A DNA stretch of 64,000 bases from Antedon mediterranea (Eukaryota > Animalia > Echinodermata): positions 7,440,001 to 7,504,000 of the forward strand of contig NC_092671.1 in the NCBI RefSeq assembly GCF_964355755.1, read 5' to 3'. Within the stretch, counting starts at the first letter, position 1; every line of letters starts with the position of its first letter. Made by a program: the position numbers and the translations under genes. Below, piece by piece: positions 1-13,400 of the stretch. The notes under the pieces were generated by a model that saw only the letters and a program-made list of their open reading frames with translations, did no database searches and had not been told where the DNA came from.

Positions 1-475
1 AACTCCGATAGCAGAGTTGTTGAGTAAACTGCCAAGACTTTATGTATACTGTGCGCTATCTGTGTCCCGTCAGGACCCTGGGATACTTCTGCCCATGTTG
101 CAAGCCGTCTAAACTGTGTCGCGGAATAATGTATTAATTATACCAATTAGGATGGTATTTTTAGTAGATTTCTTCGGACTGTTATCTACAATTTACCTAG
201 CATTGGTTATTCTTTTTTACCACTTTTCATATCTACAATAAACACTATACGCCTTAAACGCTATTAATCATCTAAGACACTTAGGTTAGTGAGTACGTTT
301 AGTTTTACGAATATCAAAAGCATTTACATAATGGTGACCGACCGAAATTGTCCAGGCCAGAATGTCCTTCTAAAACTGTTTACGTCCCGAGTCATTATCA
401 TTCCGAGAACCATCGTCTACACTTCCTAGAGGGGGAGCGAGCAGGGGGAGCGAGCGAAGCGAGCTCACCCTCTAG
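1..475 (+). mobile_element. Probable Helitron 3' terminus (5' end outside the window)
   Basis: GC-rich hairpin GGGGGAGC-GA-GC-GAA-GC-GA-GCTCACCC at 444-470, followed by CTAG (472-475) and then T. Hairpin + CTAG|T is the canonical Helitron 3' end. The left boundary is not visible. Confidence 0.55.
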
Positions 476-2128
476 TATGAAGAAATTACTTTTAATGCTA
501 TTTTTATAAGTACTTTTGTACATACACTTGTAAATAAATGTCCCTGAAATTTGGCTTATTATGATTTCTTTGTACACACATACAAATATTACTAGTATTT
601 AAATATAGATTTGCTAAATGTCATTGTTATCATATCAGTTTTCTTCTTCAAAATATTATGTGCAAAATCAATAATGAAATGAAAATGCAGTGGTGTTAGT
701 ATTGTATGTACAGTACTGTGTATATGGAAAAAAGGCTTATATAAAAACAAAAAAAAATATGAATTTGAATCTAAACTAATGTAACCACAGTAGTTTGTGG
801 TGCAACGACCAATCAAATTGATTGATTCAACTGATCTAGAATTTCCTGCAGGAACGTTAGGTCTGAACATACCCTAAAATTAAGCAGTACTGTAGGTCAA
901 CGAATGTGCATTGAGATTTAAAGCAGAGCAATATTCAATCAACACAATAATTGCTAGGTGTTGCGATTGCTACAGAACTTATTTTCAAGTCATGTCCATG
1001 AATTTTTACTTTAAAATTATCTAATATTCTTATTATCAGATATCAAGCTATGGACACGTATTACTTCCCAATCAAATTATGAATTATTGGGAATATCTTC
1101 CTGTGTTATTAAGCTTAAAATGCGAACTGATAACTATTAATATCACAATTAATATGTCATGATATCGTTCTACAAACTGTAATATTATTTAGTAGAAGTT
1201 GTAAATAATATGAACGTTATTCTTAACGATATTAACAAAGCAGCATACAGTAAAATGACCACATGTAATATTACAACTTGTTTGTTAAATGCTTACTTTC
1301 CTAATTTAGTTTAGGTGTCAAAAGGGAGAGGGAGTGGGGATAGCCTAAAGTGCAACCCTACTGGATCCACCCTTGGCCTATCTAGTATCTAACAAGTCAT
1401 ATCAATCTTGGGACATACTGTACACTGTACAATTTCAATTTTTGTCAATCGTAACAACACAGAAACAAACATAGAGGGCATTCTCGCTATGTTTATTATA
1501 TCACAGCAACATTGAACATATATTTATATATAATATATATAAAGACATTTTTTCCCATTTTGCACATTAAATGATATTGATATGGCGTATCACATATTCA
1601 TATATTATAATTTTGTTGCTGAAAATGTATTCATTATTAGAAAATGTTTCAATTGTGATGATGAGTATTTTAATTAGCTATCATACATCTAAATAATGAG
1701 TTTTTAATTAAAATACCACCATATGGTTTTATATAAAGAATTCAGAGTTTTAACATTATTTTTTTTTATTTAATGTCTATTCTTTATAACAACATTCACT
1801 ATACTATTGATATTGTATTGTACTTCCTGATGCTATAGACAAAAGGTCATTGAAAACACAATAAAATAAATGTATTATTCAAAGCTTACTACTACTACTA
1901 CTACTGTATATATAGCAACCTTTGTTTTCTCATCTACTACAGTATATCTAGAAGGCAATCACACTGTATATTTAATGCTTTATGATATAATAATAATATG
2001 TAGATATGTAAAATTGACACAAACTCAATTGACTGAGTTGCACATCATAAACAGTGGAGTATAAGTGGAATAACTTTGACCTACTGTAAGATAATAGTAT
2101 ACATACAGTAATCTAGTTTACACAAATA

Positions 2129-2533
2129 TGGTATATCCGCTGGTATAATCCCAACCCTCTTAAAAAACGAGATTGGGCCAACTTTGGGGAATGGGACAAT
2201 TTCGCCAGTGTAGCATAGCAAAAAGCTATACAAAACAACCTTTTTGCTACACTTTTCTAAAATTGTGTAGCAAAAAATACAATTATTAAAAAACTATGTT
2301 TCTCGACTCAAAAATCAGTTTGATTAGCAATATTGCTAAACAAAATTTATAAATTAAATTTTCCCCTGCGGACTAACCCGGGGAAACCTTGGTTCAGGAA
2401 AAAAAAGATTGGTAAGCATTTATTCTGGTTAGAGAGAGGCCTACATCCAGATCAAAAGTCTGTCTATACCCGGGGATACTGTATGCCTGTTCAGACATAA
2501 AGTTGGGGTGGGAATATACCCGAGGATATACGG
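2129..2533. mobile_element. Degenerate non-autonomous DNA transposon with ~27-bp terminal inverted repeats
   Basis: GTATATCCGCTGGTATAATCCCAACCC (from 2131) matches the reverse complement of GGGGTGGGAATATACCCGAGGATATAC (ends 2531). Target-site duplication unclear. Confidence 0.5.
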
Positions 2534-5500
2534 TTTTAAATAGAAAAATATTCTTCAACACTTTATGAAGATTGAGAATTTTTAAGTTTTGCGAGTTTAA
2601 TCAAATACTTTTTAAGAATACATTCACTCTAACCTAAGTTGGGATAATTTAAATATAATTTGCCTTGAACAAAATAGAGGGTGTCATAGCACATCAACAG
2701 GCACAAATAATTATTACTGTACCGATTCTGATGTTATTGGGCTTACTGTATACCAGAGGACCGAAATGTATACAGTAGGGTCAGCCTCCTGCACGGTTTG
2801 TGTGCAGTATCAGGTGGATTTTTTCGTTAAATACTTAATTTCTCAATGTAAATTTAGATTTCAGACAAAAAATTTATAAACTAGCTGAAACAAATTAGCA
2901 ATACCTAAATTTGCAATCACATGGACCAACCAAGTCAAACACCAGGAAGAGATCTACTCTACAAACTTGAAAAGTTGCGCAAACTTTTTGACCAATCAGC
3001 TCACAGGCAATATAGTGGTCTTCTCTTCTTGTTAGTTACAATAGAGTAGGTCTTCAGGACAACAATGTTGGACATTCTAGTTTTCTTACAGTATTTATTC
3101 AGTGTAGCATACATTTTGAACACAGAAAAGTTATCTGTTGTTGAGGCAAAAATATTTATCTATATGATTTTTAATGTATTTCTAAATTAAATACATGAAT
3201 TATTTGCTCAATGCGTAACTTATCAACAATCAACCTACTAGATACTACAACTTCTAAATTACTCAAATTAATTGAACTTTTTCAGAAATTATCCAATTTA
3301 ATTTTTTTGCTCAAAATTATGATAATCATCCATCTGCGAAAGGAGTATAAAAGCGGTATATTATAAAAGAGATGTACGTCACAGGTTTGTTTTTTTTTTT
3401 CTGAATTGATACTAAATAAAAGATCTATCGCAATTTGTCACTAGGTAACAAGTAATATATAAAACTATATATTTTAATGAAATTATTATTAACTTGATAA
3501 ACAATATCTAGTCAAAACCAACAAAATGTCAAGAAAATTCACATCAAAACCCTGAGATGAGTGGTATAAATTCAATTGTATACCTCCATGGTCTAGGCCT
3601 AGCTTTATGAAGGCTTTCTGATGAATTTCTGTTGCTCACATTTAATTGATAAATTAATAAAATTCAACACAATGACAAGTCCATCAAATATACAAAATAT
3701 AATGTAATCCTAACACACAAACCTTAGCCTATATTGTACAGGTCATGTTGACACCAAAACAAAGTGACAAGTCTATTTAAAAACGCTTGAAAGTTTCTAT
3801 ACTTTTAGACAAATAAAATATAGAGAAACGCTATTTCAATAATGGACTCCGCTTGTTGTTTTTTCAATAAAGGAATGAGATTTGAAACACCACGACACGT
3901 TTGGAGGTCAAAAGAAACAACGCTAAGAAAATCGCTAGATTTATGCCAAGACGTTAAGCACGCCGGTGTTTTAACAACCAAAACACACTTAGGGGAATCA
4001 CCTACCTTATACACTAGTTTAAGTACGAAAACCGAGGGATCTTCTATCAGAATTCTTTACGAAAAGCGGGAGACGAAATGCCGAGAAACATCCACCATTT
4101 TTGTTTGCCCTACTTGTTTCGTATAAATAGGTAGAAGGATAAATTAGGAGAGTCAATTTATGCATGAATACGAAACCGCGGCGAGTTACATGCAGCGCAA
4201 CAAAAAACAACAGTAGTCAAAATTTAGCCCAATTCATTCTTCCATATCTCGGTCGATGTACTATGGATTTAGGGCAGCCTAGCTCTAAAGGCTTGCTTAA
4301 TGTCTTATCTTGAGATTTCCATACGTTTTTGTACAATAAATTACGATTATTATAGGTTTTTGACGAATTTAATATCACCGGTTTTATAGAGGAAAATCAT
4401 TTACAATAGAAAAGATAATACGATCGCTCGGAACATGACACGGAAATTATTGGACTCGGTAAATAACAGACTTGATTTGCAATCTCGCGGTGTTTCACTC
4501 TCTCTGTGTGATTGATGATGGCCACTGTATTTATGTTTTCTTTGGGATATCTACCTCTTTTTTTCTCAATAATTTTCCATCATTTTGGGAATGAACGCCC
4601 GTTTCTTTCGATTAACAAAACAGGCAAAGCGTAGTACACATTGGAGCTAAATCTTTTGTTCGAACAATGTAATCGTGTGACATTTGAAACAAACGAGTCA
4701 CATTTACAAATTAACGATATGACAATTAATTATCCCTTATTCAGCTTATTTTTGGGGATAACATCGTACATTAATCATATATGTGATTATTTGTGCTATT
4801 GCAGTTCAATAATGTTCACAATTTAACCATAAAAATAGCGATATTTTAAGTGTACTTTTTTTAATGGTTTAGCTTTTAAGCACATCATTTTCACCAAGTG
4901 TAAAGTGTTAAAGCGGTGGTGACGTCACGCTGTATAAACACTGTGTAATCGATTGTAAAGCAAGCAAAGCTTTGGAAACAAAGAGGGCGGAAATGAACTA
5001 TGTATTCCCTTTTATCTTATACAATTATTGTTGTTTTTGTGTGTTATTAATTGTATTACTAGGTCTGCGGTTGATTATATTAGCCCACATTTTCAATAAA
5101 CCACTGAACTTTGCAATTTTAAAACCGAGTAACAATTATTTTGCAAATTCAAATAATTTACTAATCGGTACGTATCGGTATACTTTATGAGTTATTACAA
5201 ATATTACATTTAAAAATTTCTATTTAAATGATGAAATAAACAATTTTGGTGATCACTAGGTTTAATAACAAAAACTTGATTTCTAAGGTGGTAATAGCGT
5301 TTATAATGTAATATGGCTTTAACCAACATTCTTTAGGCATAATTAGTTTATTTCATTTTAGTCAATCCAATACTTATATAAAAAAAAATAAATAAAAAAG
5401 AATCTTAATAATTTCTAAAAGAACGGAATGATGATAAATATTATATAAAACATTTTACTATATAAAACAAATAAACTCCCTGTACATTTTTAAAATTAAA

Positions 5501-7294
5501 CTTGAACTACCACGAAAAAAAATGTAACAACTAACAAACTAAATTTTCAAACAGACCGACCGAAAATATATTATAGAGGGCGCTATCTAAATAAGAAGAG
5601 TTCTTTGTTCATCCTTCATCTTAAAACACTCTGAATTTTAAAACAAATAAAAGCTGATCGGAATATTTTAACGAAACAAATGACAATTTAACAATATTTT
5701 AAAAAAAACTAAATCTTTATCATAATCCTTTTAAAGTTGTAACAAAGTTGGTCCTGTTGTAGGCTACATGTAGACAAAGCTCATTTCTTGTTTCGTGAGC
5801 TTGTTAGATATAAATGGAAAATCATAGAATTCAACGGCGCTAACTCAAAGTGGACATTATACCACTGATATTTTGTTAAAATATCAATAAATATCAACCA
5901 TATCATTTGTTGTATTATATGTATCTCTAGTGCAGTACCGGTTTTGTGCAGATATGAATGTTATTGTTTTTGAGGCCTTACTTTATGAGTCATATGTAAA
6001 CCACATATCAACATTAGGTATGAACTATACCAAACAATAAGACCACATAGCCACATTTGTAAATCCAAACAGGTTCTCCCCAGACTTACTTCAAATGTTT
6101 GCGACTATCAAAACACTGTATAAACAAAAAGCGACTAAAGGTCGATGTTTAGGCTACAAAAGCAACAAAAACGCATGGAGTACTAATTTTCAAAACAATC
6201 TCTATAATATTTATTTACAACAGTATATATATAACATAACATAATTCTAGGTTATTTTTATTTTTTTAGTAATGTGTTTTGTTGTGGGTCCCTACGAGAC
6301 AAGTTTTTAACTTCTAGAAGGGATCCATGATAATAATGACTACCAATTACTGCTTTATCTATGTTCACTTTAATATCTTTTTTCTATTTTGTATATATTC
6401 ATTCATTATTATCTAAATAAATATTATCTGAATCTGAAAAACATAATAAATATGTACATAATAAAGTACATATTTTCTTGTCAACAAAGTGCAGGAAAGG
6501 GATGAAACAAGAAGTTTAAAACTTATAGATCATCCCCCTTTTGTTTTAAATCATTGTGTAAAATTAAGTTATGACGTAGGGCAATAGATATAATAAAGTT
6601 CAGAAAAGAAAAAAAACTTCACTTAGCCTAAGGCCTAGGCCTACATCAAAAACAATATTTCTGTTTATACGTTCGTTTGAATAATAATGTCAATAATTAT
6701 AATAGGCCTAAATTATGTCGTTTTCCAATTGTTTGTGAAAAAGTCTTTTTTAAAATTTTCTATAATAAAATTAATCGATCTGCGATATGTTAGTACCACA
6801 TGAATGTAAAGAATGGTTCACTACTATAATATGCACAAGACTCTAAGTAGGCCTAGTACCTGGATCTGGTAGACCTAGGCTATACATCTAAAATGTTGAA
6901 AAGACTTCGTAGTCCTCATTAATAGTATTTTAACCTCCTGTTCCCCTTCACCAAATTCTCCAAGATTAGCCGTTCCATCCTCAATTGATAAGACCATTGG
7001 CAACTGGGAAACATCAGTAGAGTTTAAAAATCAGACCACCCCTATCATTATGTTCACGTGTTCCAATCCTTTCATTTTTTAACAATTTATTGACATCATA
7101 AAGCCCACCTTTTACCTACACTTATGCCTAACATCGAGTCCACCTGTTACCGCAATTGAACTCCAACTCTTATCAATTTTTTATCTTTGTAACAAATTTA
7201 AGGTTTACCGCATTCACACATCTTCCCTCATAGAACAAGGAACACATCATTTACCACATTCACATAAAAATCTTCAGCGATCGAACAACGCATA

Positions 7295-9360
7295 ATGAGT
7301 TTCCACCTGATCACCTGTTTGTTCTGGACTTTCTGTTCAGTTTACTTCATGTTTAACTCTGTAGTTGGGGGTAAGTTAGTTTATACATGGATTAATGGAT
7401 TCATCAATCCATGGTTTATCTATTTATTTTATTTCAACATTATCAAGAGTGAGGTAAAATACTGAAAAAGCATGTTATTACAATGTGCGATACGTGGTTT
7501 TATAGTGCGACAATTTAATTTATGCGAATAATTTAAAGTGCGAAGGACAGTAAAGTTTCAAAGTTCGTGAAAGTGAAACAGCAGGTACTAGGTCTACAAA
7601 TTGCCACAACTTTAATATCTAAAGCTTGGTTCCCACTAGAACGTAACGCAAGGACGTAAACGCAACGCAAGCGTTTTAACCAATGACAAGCGAAGTTATA
7701 GACAGTTAGCAATCAAAAGCGAATAAGCCATCGCTTGTGATTGGTCAATTCACTTGCGTTGCGTTACGTCCTTGCGTTGTGTCGCTAGTGGGAACCACGC
7801 TTTAGTGCGACAGATTATTACAAGTGCGACAGTGAAACATTCTTGCCAACGAAGAAAGACCAGCGACTTTATTCCAATTAGGACTAAAAGATAGACAATT
7901 TAATTGTTAAACTAATATCATTGTTTGTAAATCAATTAGGCTATACTTAACACGTATAGTAATGTTTATCAGAATTGTTACTAGAGACGCAACGCAGGGA
8001 CGTAGACGCATTAACGAATTACAAGCGATGGATTATTCGCTTGTCATTGGTCAACTCGCTTGCGTTGCGTCGATGCCATTGCGTCTCTACAGTAGTGGGA
8101 ACCAAGTTATTAGACGCCTACCTTAAAAAATTAGTATTTTGTTTTTGTTTCGGACAATTCTAAACTACGGTGACTTTTATTAATGATAATTTAACTTTCA
8201 GATCACGCGTGTCCTTTTAACCAAATCAACAAAAGATGCGCACGGGCCTGCCAACAAAACTGTAAAGACTACGTACAGGGTATACATACAGCGAGTATAC
8301 TGTGCAACAGGAAGTGCGCGCGCTGCAAGTGTGAGGATGGACTGTATTTAGACGATGACGAATACTGTGTTGCTCCTGAGTTCTGTGGCTGTTATAACGC
8401 ACATCTTGATGAATACTTTAAAGTAGGATATGTTAAATATTATTTTATTATGCTAAAACTGACATAATTTTCAGAATTTATGCTTAAAAGGTGCCAGGAA
8501 AACACGATCAATAAATAATTTATGATATCCAATCAGAGAGAATAATAGTTAGAATAGAAAGAATTGATAAGAGTTGGGGTTCAGATTGGGGTAACAGGTG
8601 GACTCGAGGTTAGGCATACGTGTAGGTAAAAGATGTGCTTTATGATGTCAATACAATTTTTATGTTTAAAAGATGCTAGGTAGACACGATAAATATAAAT
8701 TATTATTATCCAATCAGAGAGAATAATAGACTTATAAGTTATTAATTTTCAATGAAAATGCGATCGAACAACTATAATTTTAATGCTATAAATTTTATAT
8801 ACAAAATACCTGCAATATCGCAAAGGCGAATGTTCCGCACAACCTCAGCCTCCACTCCTTTAATCTGAATGTGTAAACAATTTTCAATCATAAAATAATA
8901 AATTGTTAAAAATAATTGTTGCTAGTATTAGTGTTGTTGCATACTGTTTCCTTCTTCTTCCATCCATTCTTCCGATCGCGATATTCTTTATTTCCCAACC
9001 CAACAGCCCCCTCCCCCCACCCCTAACTAACTACTGAATGTCGAATTACTGGATCTGCTGATTTTTCCTCATAACATTTGTTGTAAGAACTGATATTGTT
9101 TGGAAAATATTTCAAAACATTTATTTTTCTCTACAAATCATATCGCAATTGGTTCGAATTACAAAAAAAAATGTAATGCCCTTCAATAAATCATTGTTTT
9201 TTTTTTCTTCTTTTATCAGATCGGAGACAAATTCTTAATAGATGCCGAAATCTGTGAATGTGTGGAATTTCAGACTATCACTTGCACTGGGATAGAAGGG
9301 GTCGAAGGGTCTGGTTCATTTGAGATTGTAGAAGATCCCGTTATCAAGGGTATACCTTGA
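7295..9360 (+). CDS. Small secreted cysteine-rich protein, 145 aa: signal peptide + TIL (trypsin-inhibitor-like) domain + truncated TILa/VWC-like segment
   Basis: join(7295..7370,8202..8422,9220..9360); both introns GT-AG and phases match (1,0). Translation: MSFHLITCLFWTFCSVYFMFNSVVG-DHACPFNQINKRCARACQQNCKDYVQGIHTASILCNRKCARCKCEDGLYLDDDEYCVAPEFC-GCYNAHLDEYFK-IGDKFLIDAEICECVEFQTITCTGIEGVEGSGSFEIVEDPVIKGIP*. Shows the 10-Cys TIL spacing. AATAAA signals at ~9913 and ~9929. Confidence 0.85.
7623..7801. mobile_element. Palindromic MITE, PIF/Harbinger-like, in intron 1 of the TIL gene
   Basis: Termini AGCTTGGTTCCCACTAG ... CTAGTGGGAACCACGCT; extended internal inverted symmetry (ACGCAAG/CTTGCGT, ACCAATGACAAGCG/CGCTTGTGATTGGT); flanked by TAA/TTA. 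Confidence 0.75.
7979..8110. mobile_element. Second, degenerate copy of the 7623-7801 MITE family
   Basis: Shares CGCTTGTCATTGGTCAA, CTTGCGTTGCGT and the TAGTGGGAACCA end. Explains ORF 7975..8163. Confidence 0.65.
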
Positions 9361-10496
9361 GTATTGTTTACCTGAAATGAAACTTATTGCTGTTACATTT
9401 CGTGCGATAAAAAACAATGCGTTATATTGTGAACTTGTTTAAATTTGAGATAAAAGCCAATATTGTTCATAACTGTAAAATTCGATAACAACACATGTCA
9501 TATTGTAAACATGATTGTTACCATACAGAGATTATTTTCATAAGAATTATTGTTAAGCTGAATTTTGATGAAGAAAAGAAAACCAAAAATGTGCTTTTCA
9601 TAACATTGTTTTCACACAATTCTCATTGTTGTATAACATAATATTATGTTCGGTATCATATGAAATTCTGTAACAGGCCTACAACATCTCATGTTGATCA
9701 CATGTGGTGCCTGTATTATGGAAGGTTAAGAGTGTTACATAGGTAGGGTCTATGATATAGGCATCATATGTGAAATACATGAGATGTTGTATGATGGAAT
9801 TTGCTTATTAACTGGAAAAATTTAAATACAGTATCGAGAATCGGCCAACATTTTTATCTGCTAAACAACGCTTATATCTAAAAGTTTTTGTTGTGTTTGT
9901 TTCGAATGTAAAAATAAACGTTTTAAGTAATAAATGCTTTTTATATTGAATCAACATTTATGTCAAATTATTTTAAAACAATTTAAGGCATAGAAACACA
10001 CATTTCATGTGAATAATAATATTTATTTTATCAAAACAAAAGTACAAAAATATTAATAACTTTTTTTGTGGTGGTAATATTACAAAAATTGAAATTACAT
10101 AAATGTTTCAATTTATTTATACATATTAATTCCAACATATTTCAGTAATTATTATCATTTTCTTCAAAATTATGTGCGACGGTAATGGTGGATGCTCTTG
10201 AATGTTTATGTAGGAGTCAGACATACAGAAAAAAAGTGAACTATTACATAAAGTTTGATAGTGTAGACAGGGATTAAATTTAGTGTGTGTGGATCCATCT
10301 TCTGTTTTAGTCATCAGCAATGACATTCATGTCTAGACACAAGATACATTCAATTTTCTTCGGATTCCTTTTTTCTAAATTAATCTTTGAACTTTAAATG
10401 ATAACTTCTTTCAGATGTATACCTTTACTCTGACCTCTTATCATTTCATTTGGAATCTTCTCTAATCGGAGTGATCACTCATAGATGGTGGTTTAT

Positions 10497-13400
10497 TTAT
10501 TCCTGCTGTTGTTGGTCTATGAATTCCACAAGAGTAGAATTTTCGATTGGAACAGAAAGAAACTCGATGCCATCGATACCCTTCAAATAAGATAAAAAAA
10601 TGTTAAATTTTGACTTTTCGGTTCTAAAAATATAGTAATCTATAAGGTTTATCACAAATAGCATGCACGGCGCATGATGGGAAGGGTTTCGGAGCAGACG
10701 TCAAAACACGTACATACGTGATATGTTGTTTGTACGTATAGGTCATGATGTTTGCTCCCAAACCCTTCCCATCATGCATTGTTCCTCGCAGGATCAAACT
10801 ATTTGTGAGAAACGTTATTATTGTAGGTTATTTTCTTGGTTTAATTCTATTTGTGGTGACATTTTGTAACAAATCCCTTGATTTAAATAATTTGTGATCT
10901 CTTAATTCAATAATCAGTTGGATATAATGTTTTTCTTCATTTAATTCTATTTGTGGTGAAATTTTGTAACTAACCTTTCTCGATTTCAATAATTTGTGAT
11001 CTCTAAACTCCGTCAGCTGTGCTCTTAATGTGAGGTCACTGTTCACTAAGAATGCTTCACGACATTTCTGATACAAATCTTGAAATGATAAACCTGCAAA
11101 AAAAAAGCAATTTTCACTTAAATTCAAAATAACATTTACTTCCCTTTTAGATTGAAACAATAACGGAATAAATAAGAAATAACATAGACAAATAACATTA
11201 AACCAGGGGGTGGGGGAGGGGGAAGGAAGAAGGCAGGATGACAGAAAGATACAGGATCTTGAGTCTTCAATTGTCTAGTATATGCAATTATTCTTTACTT
11301 TACTTTATTAAAATAAAATGAAAAAGAAGTTGATATAGGTCTAATCTTACCATTATACAATGAGCTGTCTTTGTTTTCCAGCTGATAATTGACAATAATA
11401 TCAAATATCCCTCTAATAAAAACAAACCAATTTTAGATTAGATTATATTCCACCCTTTCCTTTACTGGAGTCTTGTAGGGTAGATAAGATAAGATAATAT
11501 TTATTGGTTCATCAAAATATATGTTGGAAATTCATTTTTTCCAAACGGTGTACATACAAAACTACATCTGTTACCAATTTTCGTATTAAATTAGAGTCTT
11601 CAACGATGAATATTGTTTTTTATAATGGAGTATTTAAAACATTAAGTTAGTACTGAAGAAACAACCTTGCGTTATTAACAAAATCTTAAGAGATTTGCAC
11701 TTTAAAAAACCTAGTACATCTTTAGAGATGAATAGGGGGTTATCCAGGTGTACTAGTACATCACAGCCACTGGTCATAACTGGGAGACCAGTCTTTGACT
11801 GAAGAGGCCACCCAGTATAAATAAATAATAATAAAAAAAAAATTTTAATATACCAATAATTGTAAATTGACAAACATTTATTCAAATCTATTACCTTGCA
11901 TTTGGTGTCAGACTTCTAAGAACATTTTTGAGTGAGCTGAGAGCAAGAGCACCAGAATGCTGCACTAGAAGAGAATTCTCATAGGATGTTTCTTCTGTGT
12001 ATGGTTCAAAGTTTGTGACATCATACCACAACCAATTAAAACAACTTGCTTTCGTTTGATCCCAAACTGAAAATAAAACAGGAAAAAAAGTTTAATAAAG
12101 TAATATTCTATTGTATTCTGACCCAGTGTGTGGTTTATCTGTGTCTGATAAAATGTTCTTTTATTGGGCTGATGTTCCAGCACTACATAACCTTACATTC
12201 AGCTTAATATTATAAAATAACATTGGCACATATGTCGTGTTGTAAGTAAGACAGTAAGTAAGTAAATTTATTGTCATTTGTAACTATATAAAAAACAGTT
12301 ACATTGAAATGAATTGAACAGTTGCGGCTGACAACAAATAAATAGAACTTAAACTAAAAGGTTAAAGGTCAGACACCATCCTGGTACTTCAAGAACTGGT
12401 TTCGGGATTGTACCTATACTTGAGCTAGAATCATCTGGTTACAAAAAAAATACATACACCCACTGGAGGTGCTTGTAAAACGTAAAAAGATTGTGGTGCG
12501 GTTTGCGTCAAGTGAAAACCTTACAGAGTATCTATACTAATAACCAGATCCAATTACACCATGAATACCCACAAATTAATTAAATGACATAGATAACACT
12601 AAGCAACTCCCAACCCTAAGTAATGACTTATATTAATAGGGGTATATAACAGTGCCAAGACAGCTGGGAAGGTGGATAGGTAAGCATACAGTAGATTTGA
12701 TACTAGTATTATCCTTACTTAATGGTGCATTGATGTGATCAATAGACGCGACTAGATGAAACTGAGGTATTTGCGCTAATGAACTGAGAGCACTCTGCAC
12801 CTTCCTCCCTCGTAACATCTGTCCATCAATGTTGTTTACCAGCAAAAAAACATCCTCTAAAAAAAACCAACTTATTTATATCTATATTTTACTGTTTATT
12901 TATTGGTTCTCTCATAAAAAAAAAGAGAGGAACTTATGCAAAAGGTTTACAAAATTAAATAGTTAAATTATATAGATATAAAAAAGTGTAAATGTGTAGA
13001 AATTAATACATGAATTGGGACATATTCTGAAGACTTGAAAAATTAAAATATTAAAGAAAATTATTATCAATTTGTTGTCTTGAGTATAATCATATGTTTT
13101 CTAGTAAGTGATGATTTAAATGTTGTTGAAACCCTTAATAAAAAATGTCTTTATACAGTAGTATTCAAATATTGTGTAAAAATCCCTTACTGTTACATTT
13201 TGAAATACTTTACACTGGCTGGTTTATTCCCATTTATACAATTGATTTATAAAAGGCAGTAACACTTACCCCCACTTTCTTTAAGTGTCTCCTGGACAAA
13301 ATTAATCTGGTCTATTGGACTTTTAAAACTACCGGTGTGACTTAGGATGTCTTCTGTAATTGAGTTCAAAATCTGATAAAAAATAAAATATTTTAACATT

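Noticed and set aside
3805-4210. Overlapping ORFs (94 aa on +; 69 and 63 aa on -) in a CpG-richer block
   Set aside because: No recognisable motif. It may be a promoter or non-coding first exon on - (donor-like AAG|GTAGGT near 4005, possible further exons near 2905-3077 and 813-873), but I could not build a coding model.
6280-6545. Possible LINE 3' ends (stem-loop, AATAAA and TCTGAA repeats)
   Set aside because: No coding remnant to confirm them, and boundaries cannot be defined.
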